64,000 nucleotides of DNA from the NCBI GenBank assembly GCA_030390025.1, contig CM059432.1, positions 90,212,001-90,276,000 on the forward strand. The letters run 5' to 3'. The position numbers and the translations under genes are program-made. Source of the stretch: Squalus acanthias (taxonomy: Eukaryota). The notes under the pieces are model-generated. The model had not been told where the DNA came from and did no database searches. It worked only from the letters and a program-made list of their open reading frames with translations. Shown piece after piece: positions 44,101-54,504 of the stretch. How positions within the stretch are numbered: position 1 is the first letter of the stretch; each line of letters starts with the position of its first letter.

Positions 44101-44210
44101 CGTTGAGTTCGGAACCAGAACAAAACAGCCCAAAAATTGGTTCAACACCAAACCCTTTTGTAAGGAGATCAGGAAGGCTCCGCAAACCTGTTATTAAACT
44201 GGATTTGTAG
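41177..44210 (+). pseudogene. pol: Gypsy pol pseudogene (frameshifts, stops, internal deletion, insertion at 43446-43582)
   Basis: Broken into ORFs 41043-41537, 41563-42294, 42517-43422, 43722-43946 and 43965-44210, which carry consecutive pol motifs. Confidence 0.92.
43446..43582. mobile_element. Composite 137-bp insertion in the integrase: 42-bp inverted copy of 44177-44218 plus a Penelope-like element terminal fragment, with a 13-bp flanking duplication
   Basis: TCTGTAAAAGCAA occurs at 43433-43445 and 43583-43595. 43447-43488 is the exact reverse complement of 44177-44218. AGGTCATCGACCTGAAACGTT...GATGCTGCCTGGCCTGCTGAG...TCCAGCATTTTCTG resembles elasmobranch Penelope-like terminal repeats (recognised from memory). 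Confidence 0.8.
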
Positions 44211-44342
44211 TTCATTTGTCGCATTTGTAGTTGATTTAAAAGAAAAAAAGCCAGGAGTTTTTGTTATGTGGTACATGTAATGCTGGGAAAGGTGGGACCA
44301 TAGTTTTGTTGTATTTGAGAGGGGAATATGTACTTTATTTTT

Positions 44343-44355
44343 AAGGGGAAAGAAG
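44343..44355 (+). other. Polypurine tract of the Gypsy element
   Basis: AAGGGGAAAGAAG lies immediately before TGTAAT, downstream of the pol stop. Confidence 0.85.
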
Positions 44356-44491
44356 TGTAATGTATCGTCACATGGATTGTCACATGGTTTAGTATGAGCA
44401 TGCTCAGTTCGCTCTGGCCTAGTAAACAAGCACCTTGACTAGCAGCTCATCGTGTCTCTGTCCTTCATTTGTTCTACCCACATATATTACA
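44356..44491 (+). repeat. Gypsy 3' LTR (136 bp)
   Basis: Starts TGTAATGTAT directly after the PPT and ends ATATATTACA (9/10 terminal inverted repeat, TG...CA). AGTAAA poly(A)-like signal at 44421. L2 sequence starts right after it. Confidence 0.8.
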
Positions 44492-45087
44492 ATTACCTTT
44501 GTCGCAGTCAATTAGGATTTCATTTATGACCTTGGTAAGAGCTGTTCTGGTACTATGGCAGGGGCGGAAGTCTGATTGGAGGGATTCAAACAAGGAGTTC
44601 TGGGAAAGATGGGCACGGATTTGGGTGGTTGGGAGGCGACAGCACGTTCAAGAACTTTGGAGAGGAAAGGGAGGTTGGAGATGGGGGCGATAGTTTTCAA
44701 GGACAGCGGGGTCAAGGGTTTGTTATTTTGAGAGGGATGATGACGGCAGATTTGAATGAAAGGGGGACAATTTCGGAGGAGAGAGAACCGTTAACAATAT
44801 CCGTTAACATGAGAACCAGGAAGGAAAGTGGGTTGTCATCAATTTAGTAGGAATAGTGTTGAGAGAGCAGGAGGTCAGTCTCATTGACAAGATGAGATTT
44901 TAAAGGGCAAGAGGGGAGATAAGAGAGAAATTAGAGAAATATGTAAATTTAGGGTTAGGGCAGGGGTAAAACGGAGAGGAAGTAAGGTCCGGTGGGCTAG
45001 GGGAAGGGAAGAAATTGAAAGCAGAATCAGTTGAATGGATGTAGTCAATCTTTTTAACAAACAAGTCCATGAGCTCCTCACATTTAT
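44492..45087 (-). mobile_element. L2-clade LINE ORF2 (RT N-terminal) fragment
   Basis: Minus-strand translation gives PISNLPFLSKVLERAVASQ and QSDFRPCHSTRTALTKVINEILIDCDKGN, plus NKCEELMDLFVKKI upstream. Confidence 0.85.
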
Positions 45088-45548
45088 TGATACCAGGGAT
45101 GAGGGACTTCAGTTATGTGGAGAGATTGAAGAAGCTGGGATTGTTCTCCTTACAGCAAAGAAGGTTAAGGGGGAGACCTAATAGAGGTGTTCAAAATTAT
45201 GAGGGGTTTTTAGAGCAAGTAGGGAGATATTGTTTCCTCTGCCAAGTGGGTCAGTAACCTAAGGTCATAGATTCAAAATAATTGGCAAAAGAACTAGAGG
45301 GGAAATGAGGAGAAACTTTTCACACACAGAGTTGTTAAAATCTGGAACGCACTATCTGAAAGGATGGTGGAATCAGATCCAATAGGAACTTTCAAAAGGA
45401 CATGCACTTGAAGAGAACTAATTTGCAGGGTTATGGGAAAAAGCTGGGGTGTGAGATAAAATTGGACAGCTCTTTCAAAGAGCCAAGACAAGCACGATGG
45501 GCTGAATGGCCTCCTTCTGTGTTATAAGATTCTATGATTCTATGATTC
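45088..45548 (+). mobile_element. CR1 LINE 3' fragment
   Basis: IPGMRDFSYVERLKKLGLFSLQQRRLRG motif, 3' UTR GGCTGAATGGCCTCCTTCTG, and an (ATTCTATG)n tail. Confidence 0.92.
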
Positions 45549-45844
45549 GATGCATGATGTTGGGCCCACACTAGGAATTTGACCATGATATCGAAGAGCC
45601 ACATATAGATATATGCACAAGCTCCACTCAATGTTTGTGAGCCCTCCATGACAAATGGTTGAGGCACTCCTTATTCCCTGAACCAATATCAGGGAATGCT
45701 GCTGACATCCACCATCCTGAACTGTATGACCCCCATTGAACAACTGCATATGGGCCAAGACTAAAACTACAAACAAACTCAATGAGAAATGCACAGGTTT
45801 CAAGGCACAAAACAAAAAGTATGCACACAATAGGCATTCACATT

Positions 45845-46698
45845 ATCCTCAGATAATGAAGCAGTCCATGCCCAAATGCAGCAAGACCTGGATGACATTC
45901 AGGCTTGGGCTGATGTGTGGTGTGAATGTTAATTGCCACTTAAGTGCCAGGCAATGACTATCTCCAACAAGTGAGAGTCTAATCACCGTCCCTTGACATT
46001 ACCATCGCCGAATCCCCCACTATCAACAGCCTGGGAGTCACCATTGACCAGAAACTTAACTGGACCAGCCACATAAATACTGTGGCTACAAGAGCAGGTC
46101 AGAGGCTAGGTATTCTGCGGCAAGTGACTCACCTCCTGACTCCCCAAAGCCTTTCCACTATCTACAAGGCACAAGTCAGGAGTGTGATGGAATACTCTCC
46201 ACTTGCCTGGATGAGTGCAGCTCGAACAACACTCAAGAAGCTCGATACCATCCAGGACAAAACAGCCCGCTTGATTGGCACCCCATCCACCACCTTAAAC
46301 ATTCACTCCCTCCACCACCGGCGTACTGTGGCTGCCGTGTATACCATCTACAAGATGCACTGCAGCAACTCGCCAAGGCTTCTTCGGCAGCACCTCCCAA
46401 ACCCGCAACCTCTACCACCTAGAAGGACAAGGGCAGCAGGCGCATGGAAACACCATCACCTCCAAGTTCCCCTCAAAGTTACACACCATCCTGACTTGGA
46501 AATATATCACCGTTCCTTCATTGCTACTGGGTCAAAATCCTGGAACTCCCTCCCTAACAGCACTGTGGGAGTACCTTCACCACAAGGACTGCAGCAGTTC
46601 AAGAAGGCAGCTCACCACCACTTTCTCAAGGGCAATTGGGGATGGGCAATAAATGCTGGGCTTGCCAGCGATGCCCACACCGCAGGAATGAACAAAAA
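45845..46698 (+). mobile_element. CR1/L2-group LINE 3' fragment (distinct family, copy 1)
   Basis: ORF 46082-46714 reads QRLGILR...TIYKAQVRSVMEYSPLAW...LDTIQDK, a non-LTR RT C-terminus. It ends GCAATAAATGCTGG...GAATGAACAAAAA. A second copy lies at 56005-56702. Confidence 0.88.
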
Positions 46699-47384
46699 TA
46701 ATTCACATGTATAATAACATCTGAAAAATAAGTTATGATGGAACAGTAGGGCCACTCGCAGGGAGCAGACTGCAAGAAATCCAAAGCACAGAGCAGGTGA
46801 TTTTTCATCCATTCTCTCAAATGGTCAGAAAATCACAGGCTTAAAAAGAGCACTCAAAGTGGCTTAATGGGACTACCAGCCAATGAAATCAAGGGTGTAA
46901 ATCAAACATGGCCACAGTAAACAATAATTCTAAATGGTCTAAGAGTGTTAAAAAAAACAAGCCTGAAGGCTCTGTGTCTTAATGAGAGGAGCATTCATAA
47001 TAAGGTGGATGAATTAGCTGCGCAAATAGATGTAAACGGATATGATATAATTGGAATTACGGAGACATGGCTCCAGGGTGACCAAGGCTGGGAATTCAAC
47101 ATCCAGGAGTTTTCAATATTCAGGAAGGACAGGCAAAAAGGAAAAGGAGGTGGGTTAGCATTGCTGGTTAAAGAGGAGATTAACACACGAGTAAGGAAGG
47201 ATATTAGCTCTGATGATGTGGAATCTGTATGGGTAGAGCTGAGAAATACCAAGGGGCAGAAAACGTTAGTGGGAGTTGTATACAGATCCCCAAACAGTAA
47301 TGCTGAAGTTGGGGATGGCATTAAACGGGAAATTAGAGACGCGTGCAATAAGGGCACAGCAGTTATCATGGGTGACTTTAATCT

Positions 47385-47597
47385 AAAGTGAGAAGTCGCA
47401 CAACACCAGGTTATAGTCCAACAGCTTTATTTGAAATCACAAGCTTTCGGAGCGCTGCTCCTTCATCAGACTTCACCTGACGAAGGAGCAGCACTCCGAA
47501 AGCTTGTGATTTCAAATAAAGCTGTTGGACCATAACCTGGTGTTGTGCGACTTCTCACTTTTGTCCACCCCAGTCCAACACCGGCATCTCCGAATCA
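47385..47597. mobile_element. 213-bp Penelope-like-derived hairpin insertion (85-bp inverted arms, 7-nt loop) with a 12-bp target duplication
   Basis: Arms 47385-47469 and 47477-47561 are reverse complements with 3 mismatches. TGACTTTAATCT is duplicated at 47373-47384 and 47598-47609. The insert interrupts the CR1 GDFNL motif. Confidence 0.88.
47473..47509 (+). ncRNA. Minimal type-I hammerhead ribozyme motif (second core on the minus strand at ~47437-47469)
   Basis: Reads TCAC-CTGACGA-A-GGAG-CAGCA-CTCC-GAAA-GC-TT-GTGA. It has the conserved CUGANGA and GAAA cores, stem II GGAG/CTCC, stem I TCAC/GTGA, and palindromic AAGCTT in place of stem III. Confidence 0.75.
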
Positions 47598-50500
47598 TGA
47601 CTTTAATCTGGATATAGATTGGACTAACCAAATTATGAACAATACTGTGGAGGAGGAATTCCTAGAGTGTATACGGGATGGTTTCCTGGACCAATATGTC
47701 GAGGAACCAACTAGAGATCAGGCCATCTTAAACTAGGTATTATGTAATGAGAAAGGATTAATTAGCAATCTTGTTGTGCGAGGCCCCTTGGGGAGGAGCG
47801 ACCATAATATGATAGAATGCTTCATTAAGATGGAGAGTGAAGTAATAGTTGACTCAGAGATTAGGGTCCTGAATTTAAATAAAGGAAACTACGATGGTAT
47901 GAGGCGCAAGTTGGCTAGGATGGATTGGGGAACGTTACTTAAAGGGTTGACGGTGGATAGGCAATGGCAAACATTTAAAGATCACATGGATGAACTACAG
48001 AATTTGTTCATCCCTGTTTGGCATAAAAATAAAACAAAAAAGGTGACTCAACCGTGGCTAACAAGGGAAATTAGGGATAGCATAGGATCCAAGGAGAGGA
48101 CATATAAATTGGCCAGAAAAAGCAGCAAACCTGAGGATTGGGAGCAGTTTAGGATTCAGCAAAGGAGGACAAAGGGATTAATTAAGAGGGGGAAAATAGA
48201 GTATGAGAGTAAGCTTGCAGGAACATAAAAACTGACTGTAAAAGCTTCTATAGATATGTAAAGAGAAAAAGATTGGTGAAGTCAAGCGTAGGTCCCTTGC
48301 AGTCAGAATCAGGGGAATTTATAATGGGGAACAAAGAAATGGCAGACCAATTAAATACATACTTTGGTTCTGTCTTCACAAAGGAAGACACAAATAACCT
48401 CCCAGAGATGTCGGGGAACATAGGGTCTAATGAGAGGGAGGAACTGAATGAAATCAGTATTTGTAGGGAAATGGTGTTAGGGAAATTGACGGGATTGAAG
48501 GTCAATAAATCCCCAGGGCTTGATAATATACATCCTAGGGTACTTAAGGAAGTGGCCCTAGAAACAGTAGATGCATTGCTGGTCATCTTCCAAAATTCTG
48601 TAGACTCTGGAACAGTTCCCATGGATTGGAGGGTAGCTAATGTAACCCCACTATTTAAAAAAGGTGGAAGAGAGAAAACAGGGAATTATAGACCAGTAAG
48701 CCTGACATCGGTAGTGGGGAAAATGCTGGAGTCCATTATAAAAGATGTAATAGCAGAGCACTTGGAAAACAGTGACAGGATCGGACAAAGTCAACATGGA
48801 TTTACAAAAGGCAAATCGTGCTTGACTAATCTACTGGAATTTTTTGAGGATGTAACTGGTAAAATGGATAAGGGAAAACCAGTGGATGTGGTGTATTTGG
48901 ACTTTCAGAAGGCTTTCGATAAGGTCCCGCATAAGAGATTAGCGTGTAAAGTTAAGGCACATGGGATTGGGGGCAAGGTATTGACTTGGATAGAAAACTG
49001 GTTGGTAGACAGGAAGCAAAGAGTTGGAATAAACGGGTCTTTTTCCGAGTGGCAGGCAGTGACTAGTGGGGTACCGCAGGGATCGGTGCTCAGACCCCAG
49101 TTATTCACAATATATATTAATGATCTAGACAAGGGAACTAGATGTAATATCTCCAAGTTTGCAGACGACACAAAGCTGGGTGGGCGTGTGTGCTGTGAGG
49201 AGGATGCAGAGAAACTCCAGTATGATTTGGACAGGTTGGGTGATTGGGCAGATGCATGGCAGATGCAGTATAATGTGGATAAATGCGAGGTTATCCACTT
49301 TGGTGTCAAAAACAGGAAGGCTCGTTATTATCTGAACAGCAATAGATTGGGAAAAGGGGAAGTGCAACGAGACCTGGGTGTCCTTGTGCACCAGTCGCTG
49401 AAGGTAAGCATGCAGGTGCAGCAGGCGGTGAAGAAGGCAAATGGTATGTTGGCCTTCATAGCGAGAGGATTCGAGTACAGGAGCAAGGATGTCTTGCTGC
49501 AGTTGTACAGGGCCTTGGTGAGACCACACCTTGAGTATTGTGTGCAGTTTTGGTCGCCTTATTTGAGGAAGGATGTTCTTGCCATGGAGGGAGTGCAGTG
49601 AAGATTCACCAGACTGATACCTGGGATGGCAGGAATGACGTATGAAGAGAGATTCGGTCGATTGGGCTTGTATTCGCTAGAGTTTAGAAGAATGAGAGGG
49701 GATCTCATTGAAACTTATAAAATTCTAACAGGACTAGACAGACTAGATGCAGGAAGGATGTTCCCGATGGCGGGGGAGTCCAGAACCAACGGGGTCACAG
49801 TCTAAATATAAGGGGTAAGCCATTTAGGACTGAGATGAGGAGGAATTTCTTCACCCAGAGAGTGGTGAACCTGTGGAATTCTCTACCACAGAAGACAGTT
49901 GAGTCCAATTCATTAAATATATTCAAGAAGGAGTTAAATATATTTCTTAAGGTTAAGGGGATCAAGGGATATGGGGAGAAAGCAGGGACAGGGTACTGAA
50001 TTTGGATGATCAGCCATGATCGCATTGAATGGCGGAGCAGGCTCGAGGGGCCGAATGGCCTACTCCTGCTCCTATCTTCTATGTTTCTTCTGTGTTTCTA
50101 TGCTCATTTTATATGTGAGGCAAGTGACTGGGGCACCATTCAGGTACTCTGAATGAATGACGGGGCAAACACTTCATTTTGAATAGTTTTGGGGGCTTCG
50201 TTGAGCCTAGCACATGCCAGGAGTGCCCGTGTCCTTCCCATGTGCAATATAGTGTGATAATACATAAAAGGGAATGGCTAACATAAAGGGGAATCCAAGG
50301 TCCTTTTGTAGGCATATTAACAGTAAAAGAGTTGTTAGAGTACAGGTGGGGCCAATTAGGGACCAAAATGGAGATTTATTGGTGGAGGCAGAAGGCATGG
50401 CTGAGGTACTAAATGAATACTTTGGATCAGTGTTTACCAAGGAAGATGACTTTGCCAAAACTACGATAAACGAGGAGCTTGTCGGGATACTAGATGAGAC

Positions 50501-50803
50501 AAAAGTAGATAAAGAGAAGGCACTAGAAAGGCTGACAGTACTTAAAGTGGGTAGGTCACCCAGTCTGGATGGGATGCATCCTAGGATGCTGAGGGAAGTA
50601 AGGGTAGAAATTGCGGAGGTGCTGGCCACAATCTTCCAATCCTCCTTAGATACAGGGGTGGTGCCAGAGGACTGGAGGATTGCAAATGTTAAACCCTTGT
50701 TCAAAAAAGGTGAGAAGAATAAACCTGACAATTATAGGCCAGTCAGTTTAATGTTGGTGGTGGGGAAGCTTTTAGAAACAATATTCCATCGCTACGGGCG
50801 CTA

Positions 50804-51077
50804 GGGAATTTGTGCCCCGTTAGCACCCCCCAACCCAATTTTTCCCCCATAGAGTACAGAAGCCAGGAAGTTATTTGAAACCCATATAAAACGACAACAA
50901 CAACAACAACTTGTATTTATATAGCGCCTTCAACAAAGTAAAACATCCCAAGATACTTCACAGGAGTATTATAAGACAAAAAATTTGACACCGAGCCATA
51001 TAAGGAGAAATTAGGGCAGATGACCAAAAGCTTGGTCAAAGAGGTAGGTTTTAAGGAGCATCTTAAAGGAGAAAAGA
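50804..51077 (+). repeat. Diverged copy of 52517-52790 (MITE right end + CR1 sliver + L2 3' end), bracketed by a 69-bp exact duplication
   Basis: The two segments align base by base. 50719-50787 is identical to 51081-51149. Confidence 0.9.
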
Positions 51078-51874
51078 AGGATAAACCTGACAATTATAGG
51101 CCAGTCAGTTTAATGTTGGTGGTGGGGAAGCTTTTAGAAACAATATTCCGGGAGAAAATTAATAGCCATTTGGACAAGTATCGACTAATAAAGGAGAGCC
51201 AGCATTTGTTCAGGGTAAATTGTGCTTGACTAACTTGATTGAGTTTTTTGATGAGGTAACAGAAAGGGTGGATGAGGGCAGTACAGTTGATGTTGTGTAT
51301 ATGGACTTTCAAAAGGCGTTTGATAAAGTACCACATACTCGGTTTGTTAACAAAATTAAAGCCTATGGGATAAAAAGGGGCAGAGGCTGCATAGAAACAA
51401 AATTGGCTAAAGGTTAGAAAACAGAGTTGTGGTGAATGGCTGTTTTTTGGACTGGAGGGAGGTTTACAGTAGTGTTCCCCAGGGTTCCGTACTAGGACCA
51501 CTGATGTTTTTAATATACATTAATGACTTGGACTTGGAGGTACAGCGCACAAATTCAAAATATTGCAGATGACACAAAACCTGGAAGTGTAATAAACAGT
51601 GAGAAAGATAGTAATAGACTTCTAAAGGACATAGACAGGCTAGTGGAATGGGCAGATACATGGCAGATGAAATTTAACGCAGAAAAGTGTGAGGTGATAC
51701 ATTTTGGTAGGAAGAATGAGGAGAGACAATAGAAGCAAAATGGAACAATTTTAAAGAGGGTGCAGGAAGAGAGACCTGGGGGTGTTTGTGCACAAATCTT
51801 TGAAGGTGGTAGGGCAGGTTAACAAAGCAAATAATAAAGCATATGGGATCCTGGACTTTATAAATAGAGGCATA

Positions 51875-52562
51875 GGGGGAAAAATTGGGTGGCGCCCATT
51901 TTGGGGCGCTAACGTCGATGGGGCGCTAATGAAAATGTTATCATTCCCCCCCACCGTAAATTCAGTACTAGCGCCCAAAGCAGGAGGTGGGGCGCTACTG
52001 GAAAGCGCTCCACCTCCTGCTTGGGGTGCTACTGCTGAATTTCACTGCGCTACGTGCCACCGCGCCACGTCATTGCAGGCCTCCTCCCCTGATTAAAGGG
52101 GAGGGGCCTAGCACTGCGTGCACCGGGGCCCTGCCGGACCACCGGGGAGCGGGGTGCCGTGAAAACAGCCCGGCAGTCAAGAGGAATGCCGGGCTGAGCA
52201 ATCGCGGCTGACACTCCGCATACAAAAGCGAACGGGGGCAGGTGCTGGCAGTTGGCCAAAATAAAAATGGCCACCCGACACCTGCCCTTTAACTTGCACT
52301 GCTACCGCTGCCAAACCGCCACCTGATCCTGTCGCACATATCGTGCGGCGATAGGACAGGGGGCACAAGGGAAGTTTGCGGCTGGGGCGCTGCGCACGGT
52401 GATGACGTCATCACCGGCGGCGCAGCGGTGCAGGGCGCTACTGGCTGCCACTGCTGCTGCCGCTAACCTCCCACAAAATTTCACAGGAGACGTTAGTGGC
52501 GCCGTGCCCGGGCACATGGGGATTTGTGCCCCGTTAGCGCCCCCCAACCCAATTTTTCCCCC
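51875..52562. mobile_element. GC-rich non-autonomous DNA transposon (MITE), probably PIF/Harbinger
   Basis: Perfect 16-bp TIRs GGGGGAAAAATTGGGT / ACCCAATTTTTCCCCC and a 3-bp TSD ATA. Removing it restores the CR1 sequence GGC-ATA-GAG-TAC. Confidence 0.88.
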
Positions 52563-52604
52563 ATAGAGTACAGAAGCCAGGAAGTTATTCGAAACCCATA
52601 TAAA

Positions 52605-53039
52605 ACGACAACAACAACAACAACTTGTATTTATATAGCACCTTTAATGTAGTACAACATCCCAAAATGCTTCACAGGAGTATTATAAGACAAAAATTTT
52701 GACACCGAGCCCTATAAGGAGAAATTAGGGCAGATGACCAAAAGCTTGTTCAAAATGGTAGGTTTTAAGGAGCGTCTTAAAGGAGAAAAGAGAGGTAGAG
52801 AAGCAGAGAAGGTTAGGCAGGGAATTCCAGAGCTTAGGGCTTAGCCAACAGAAGACACGGCCGCCAATGGTTGAGCGATTATAATCAGGGATGCTCAAAA
52901 GGGCAGAATTAGAGGAGCGCAGATATATCACGGGGCAGGTGGCGGGGTGGGGGGGGGGGGGTTGTGGGGCTGAAGGAGATTACAGAGATAGGGAATGGCG
53001 AGGCCATGGAGGGATTTGAAACCAAGGGTGAGAATTTTG
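52605..53039 (-). mobile_element. L2 LINE 3' end with (TTG)n tail
   Basis: Minus-strand KILTLGFKSLHGLAIPYLCNLLQP and IGGRVF...PKLWNSLP...FKTLLKTYHF. (CAA)n run at ~52607-52624. Confidence 0.88.
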
Positions 53040-53440
53040 ATTGACTGATTCACCAACTGTAAATTGCATGTCGGTTCTTTTAATAAATCTCTATATATTT
53101 TTAGAATTGTTTCACATAAGTCTTCTGTATCAAAAACTCGCAAACTCAATCTCTGTACACTCTTTGGTGAAGAGTTACATAATTCTGAAGGAGTTCTCCG
53201 GACACTCATAATATCCAGGACGTTACAGTCTAGCTAAACTTATTAAAAGCGCTATCTGGAGGACGGTAACATTCTCGGGTTGTTCCTTCCCTTTAGGGAG
53301 AGATAGCCTGGACCTTTAGACCCAGTTAAGGTCTTTAGGATTCGGCTACCTCAAACTTTAGTTGAAAGTGAACGTCTGAGAAATACGCCTGATCCGGGAT
53401 AGCCCCAAAGGGGCTAGGACTAGTAAATATCCTTTCAGTT
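53040..53440. other. Unassigned, stem-loop-rich segment between the L2 5' truncation point and the CR1 3' piece
   Basis: No motif of the flanking families. Several inverted repeats (TAGCCCC/GGGGCTA, GCTATCT/AGATAGC, TCCAGG/CCTGGA, GACCTT/AAGGTC). Confidence 0.5.
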
Positions 53441-54451
53441 AGAGGTGTTTAAAAATCATGAAGGATTTAGATAGAGTAAATAAAGGGAAACTGTTTCCAA
53501 TGGTTGAAGGGTTGTTAACCAGAGGGCACAGATTTAGGGTGATTGGCAAAAGAATCAGAGGCGACATGAGCAAAAACCTTTTTTACGCAGTAAGTGGTTA
53601 GGATTTTGAATGCACAGCCTGATAGGGTGGTGGAAACAGATTCAATAGTAGCTTTCAAAAGGGAATTGGATAAACACTTGAAGCAGAAAAGCTTGCAGGG
53701 ATATGGGGAAAGAGCGGGGGAGTGGGACTAACTGGAATGCTCTTTGAAAGAACTGGCACAGACTCTATTGGCGGAATGGCCTCCTTCTGTGCTGTACTAT
53801 TCTATGATTCTATGTGATGTTAATCAATGCATTATGGTTTCCTTATTTTCTGGTTTTAGCAAGGTGGTCACTTTTGGATGTAGGTCATGGAGACGGTAGC
53901 ATGGGGGACTCAAGAATTCTGATACCTTCTGATGACACTATGTGGATCCCTGTCTCTCTTTCTCTTTTTATACACACGCATATATGTTTTGCTACATGAA
54001 GGGTGATTGAATGGCAAGTAACTTTGTGTGAACAATACAACTGATAACTGCTTTCATATTGGCCTGGGAAGCTTCCTTTAATTGAAATGGTTGAGAATGA
54101 GAGTGTTGAAGTTGCACGGATGCTGTCCCCATCTGCAAGCCTCCAAATCTCATGGTACAAATTAAGGCTTGGTACGAGTATGGCTTTGAAAGTGCGAACC
54201 TCTGCTCTGTGTACATTTTGTCAATACCATGTTACCAACAAAAACTTTCTCTGCTCTGAGATGGTCCGAGTACTAAAATGCACCTCATTTAGGAAACTAA
54301 CTTGTATCTGTTTAAAAGTAATTTGTAGAATAAACATAACCAACACAATTTGTATAAAATGTAAATTAAATTACTTTCAGTACTATTATGTAAAGATCTC
54401 AATGCTCTCCCTCCTTCCCTCTCCTTGTTCCAAAATTTTGAATAAAACTAT

Positions 54452-54504
54452 TTTTATGTTTTTATGTTATATTATATGTTATGTTATGTTATGTTATGTT
54501 ATAT
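54452..54504 (+). repeat. (TTATG)n microsatellite
   Basis: TATGTTATGTTATG... run directly 5' of the V-SINE. Confidence 0.85.

Larger units (their letters stand above)
41177..44491 (+). mobile_element. 5'-truncated, decayed Gypsy/Ty3 LTR retrotransposon (protease C-half, RT, RNase H, integrase, PPT, 3' LTR)
   Basis: Protease tail LPIIVV..PTLTGKDWL. RT motifs VVPKADKTVRLCGDYK, YPLP, LPYGVKSSP, xQDD, FLGMVQYY. Integrase HTEHPG..CSVC, RVHVDF, LVSDNG. C-terminal RRSGRLRKP. Domain order PR-RT-RH-IN is Gypsy-type. Confidence 0.95.
46945..50103 (+). mobile_element. CR1 LINE (HER1-like) with near-complete but disrupted ORF2 (APE endonuclease + RT) and 3' UTR
   Basis: Endonuclease motifs IIGITETW, GGGLALLV, MGDFN, SDHN. 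RT motifs NYRPVSLTS, YLDFQKAFDKVPH, GVPQGS, FADDTK. Stops at ~47734 and 49599, a frameshift near 48225, an insertion at 47385-47597, and a TTCTATG-type tail. Confidence 0.95.
50270..53814 (+). mobile_element. Second CR1 LINE, fragmented into pieces 50270-50787, 51075-51874, 52563-52606 and 53441-53814 by nested insertions and a local duplication
   Basis: Collinear CR1 motifs LNEYFGSVFT, PEDWRIANV, NYRPVSL, YMDFQKAFDKVPH, IADDTK, YGILDFINRGI|EY. 3' UTR GGCGGAATGGCCTCCTTCTG and an ATTCTATGATTCTATG tail. Confidence 0.88.

Noticed and set aside
48273..49601. 442-aa ORF as a functional gene or active LINE
   Set aside because: It is only the RT part of a CR1 ORF2 that has stops, a frameshift and an insertion in the endonuclease.
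53205..53225. AATATCCAGGA resemblance to a dicistrovirus intergenic IRES
   Set aside because: It is an 11-nt similarity recalled from memory, and the other IRES elements could not be identified. This is not enough to call.
53814..54450. Possible host exon (acceptor-like sites at ~53858 on + and ~54308 on -; ORFs of 61-147 aa)
   Set aside because: Frames following the acceptor-like sites hit stops or give unrecognisable peptides, and no partner exons are visible.
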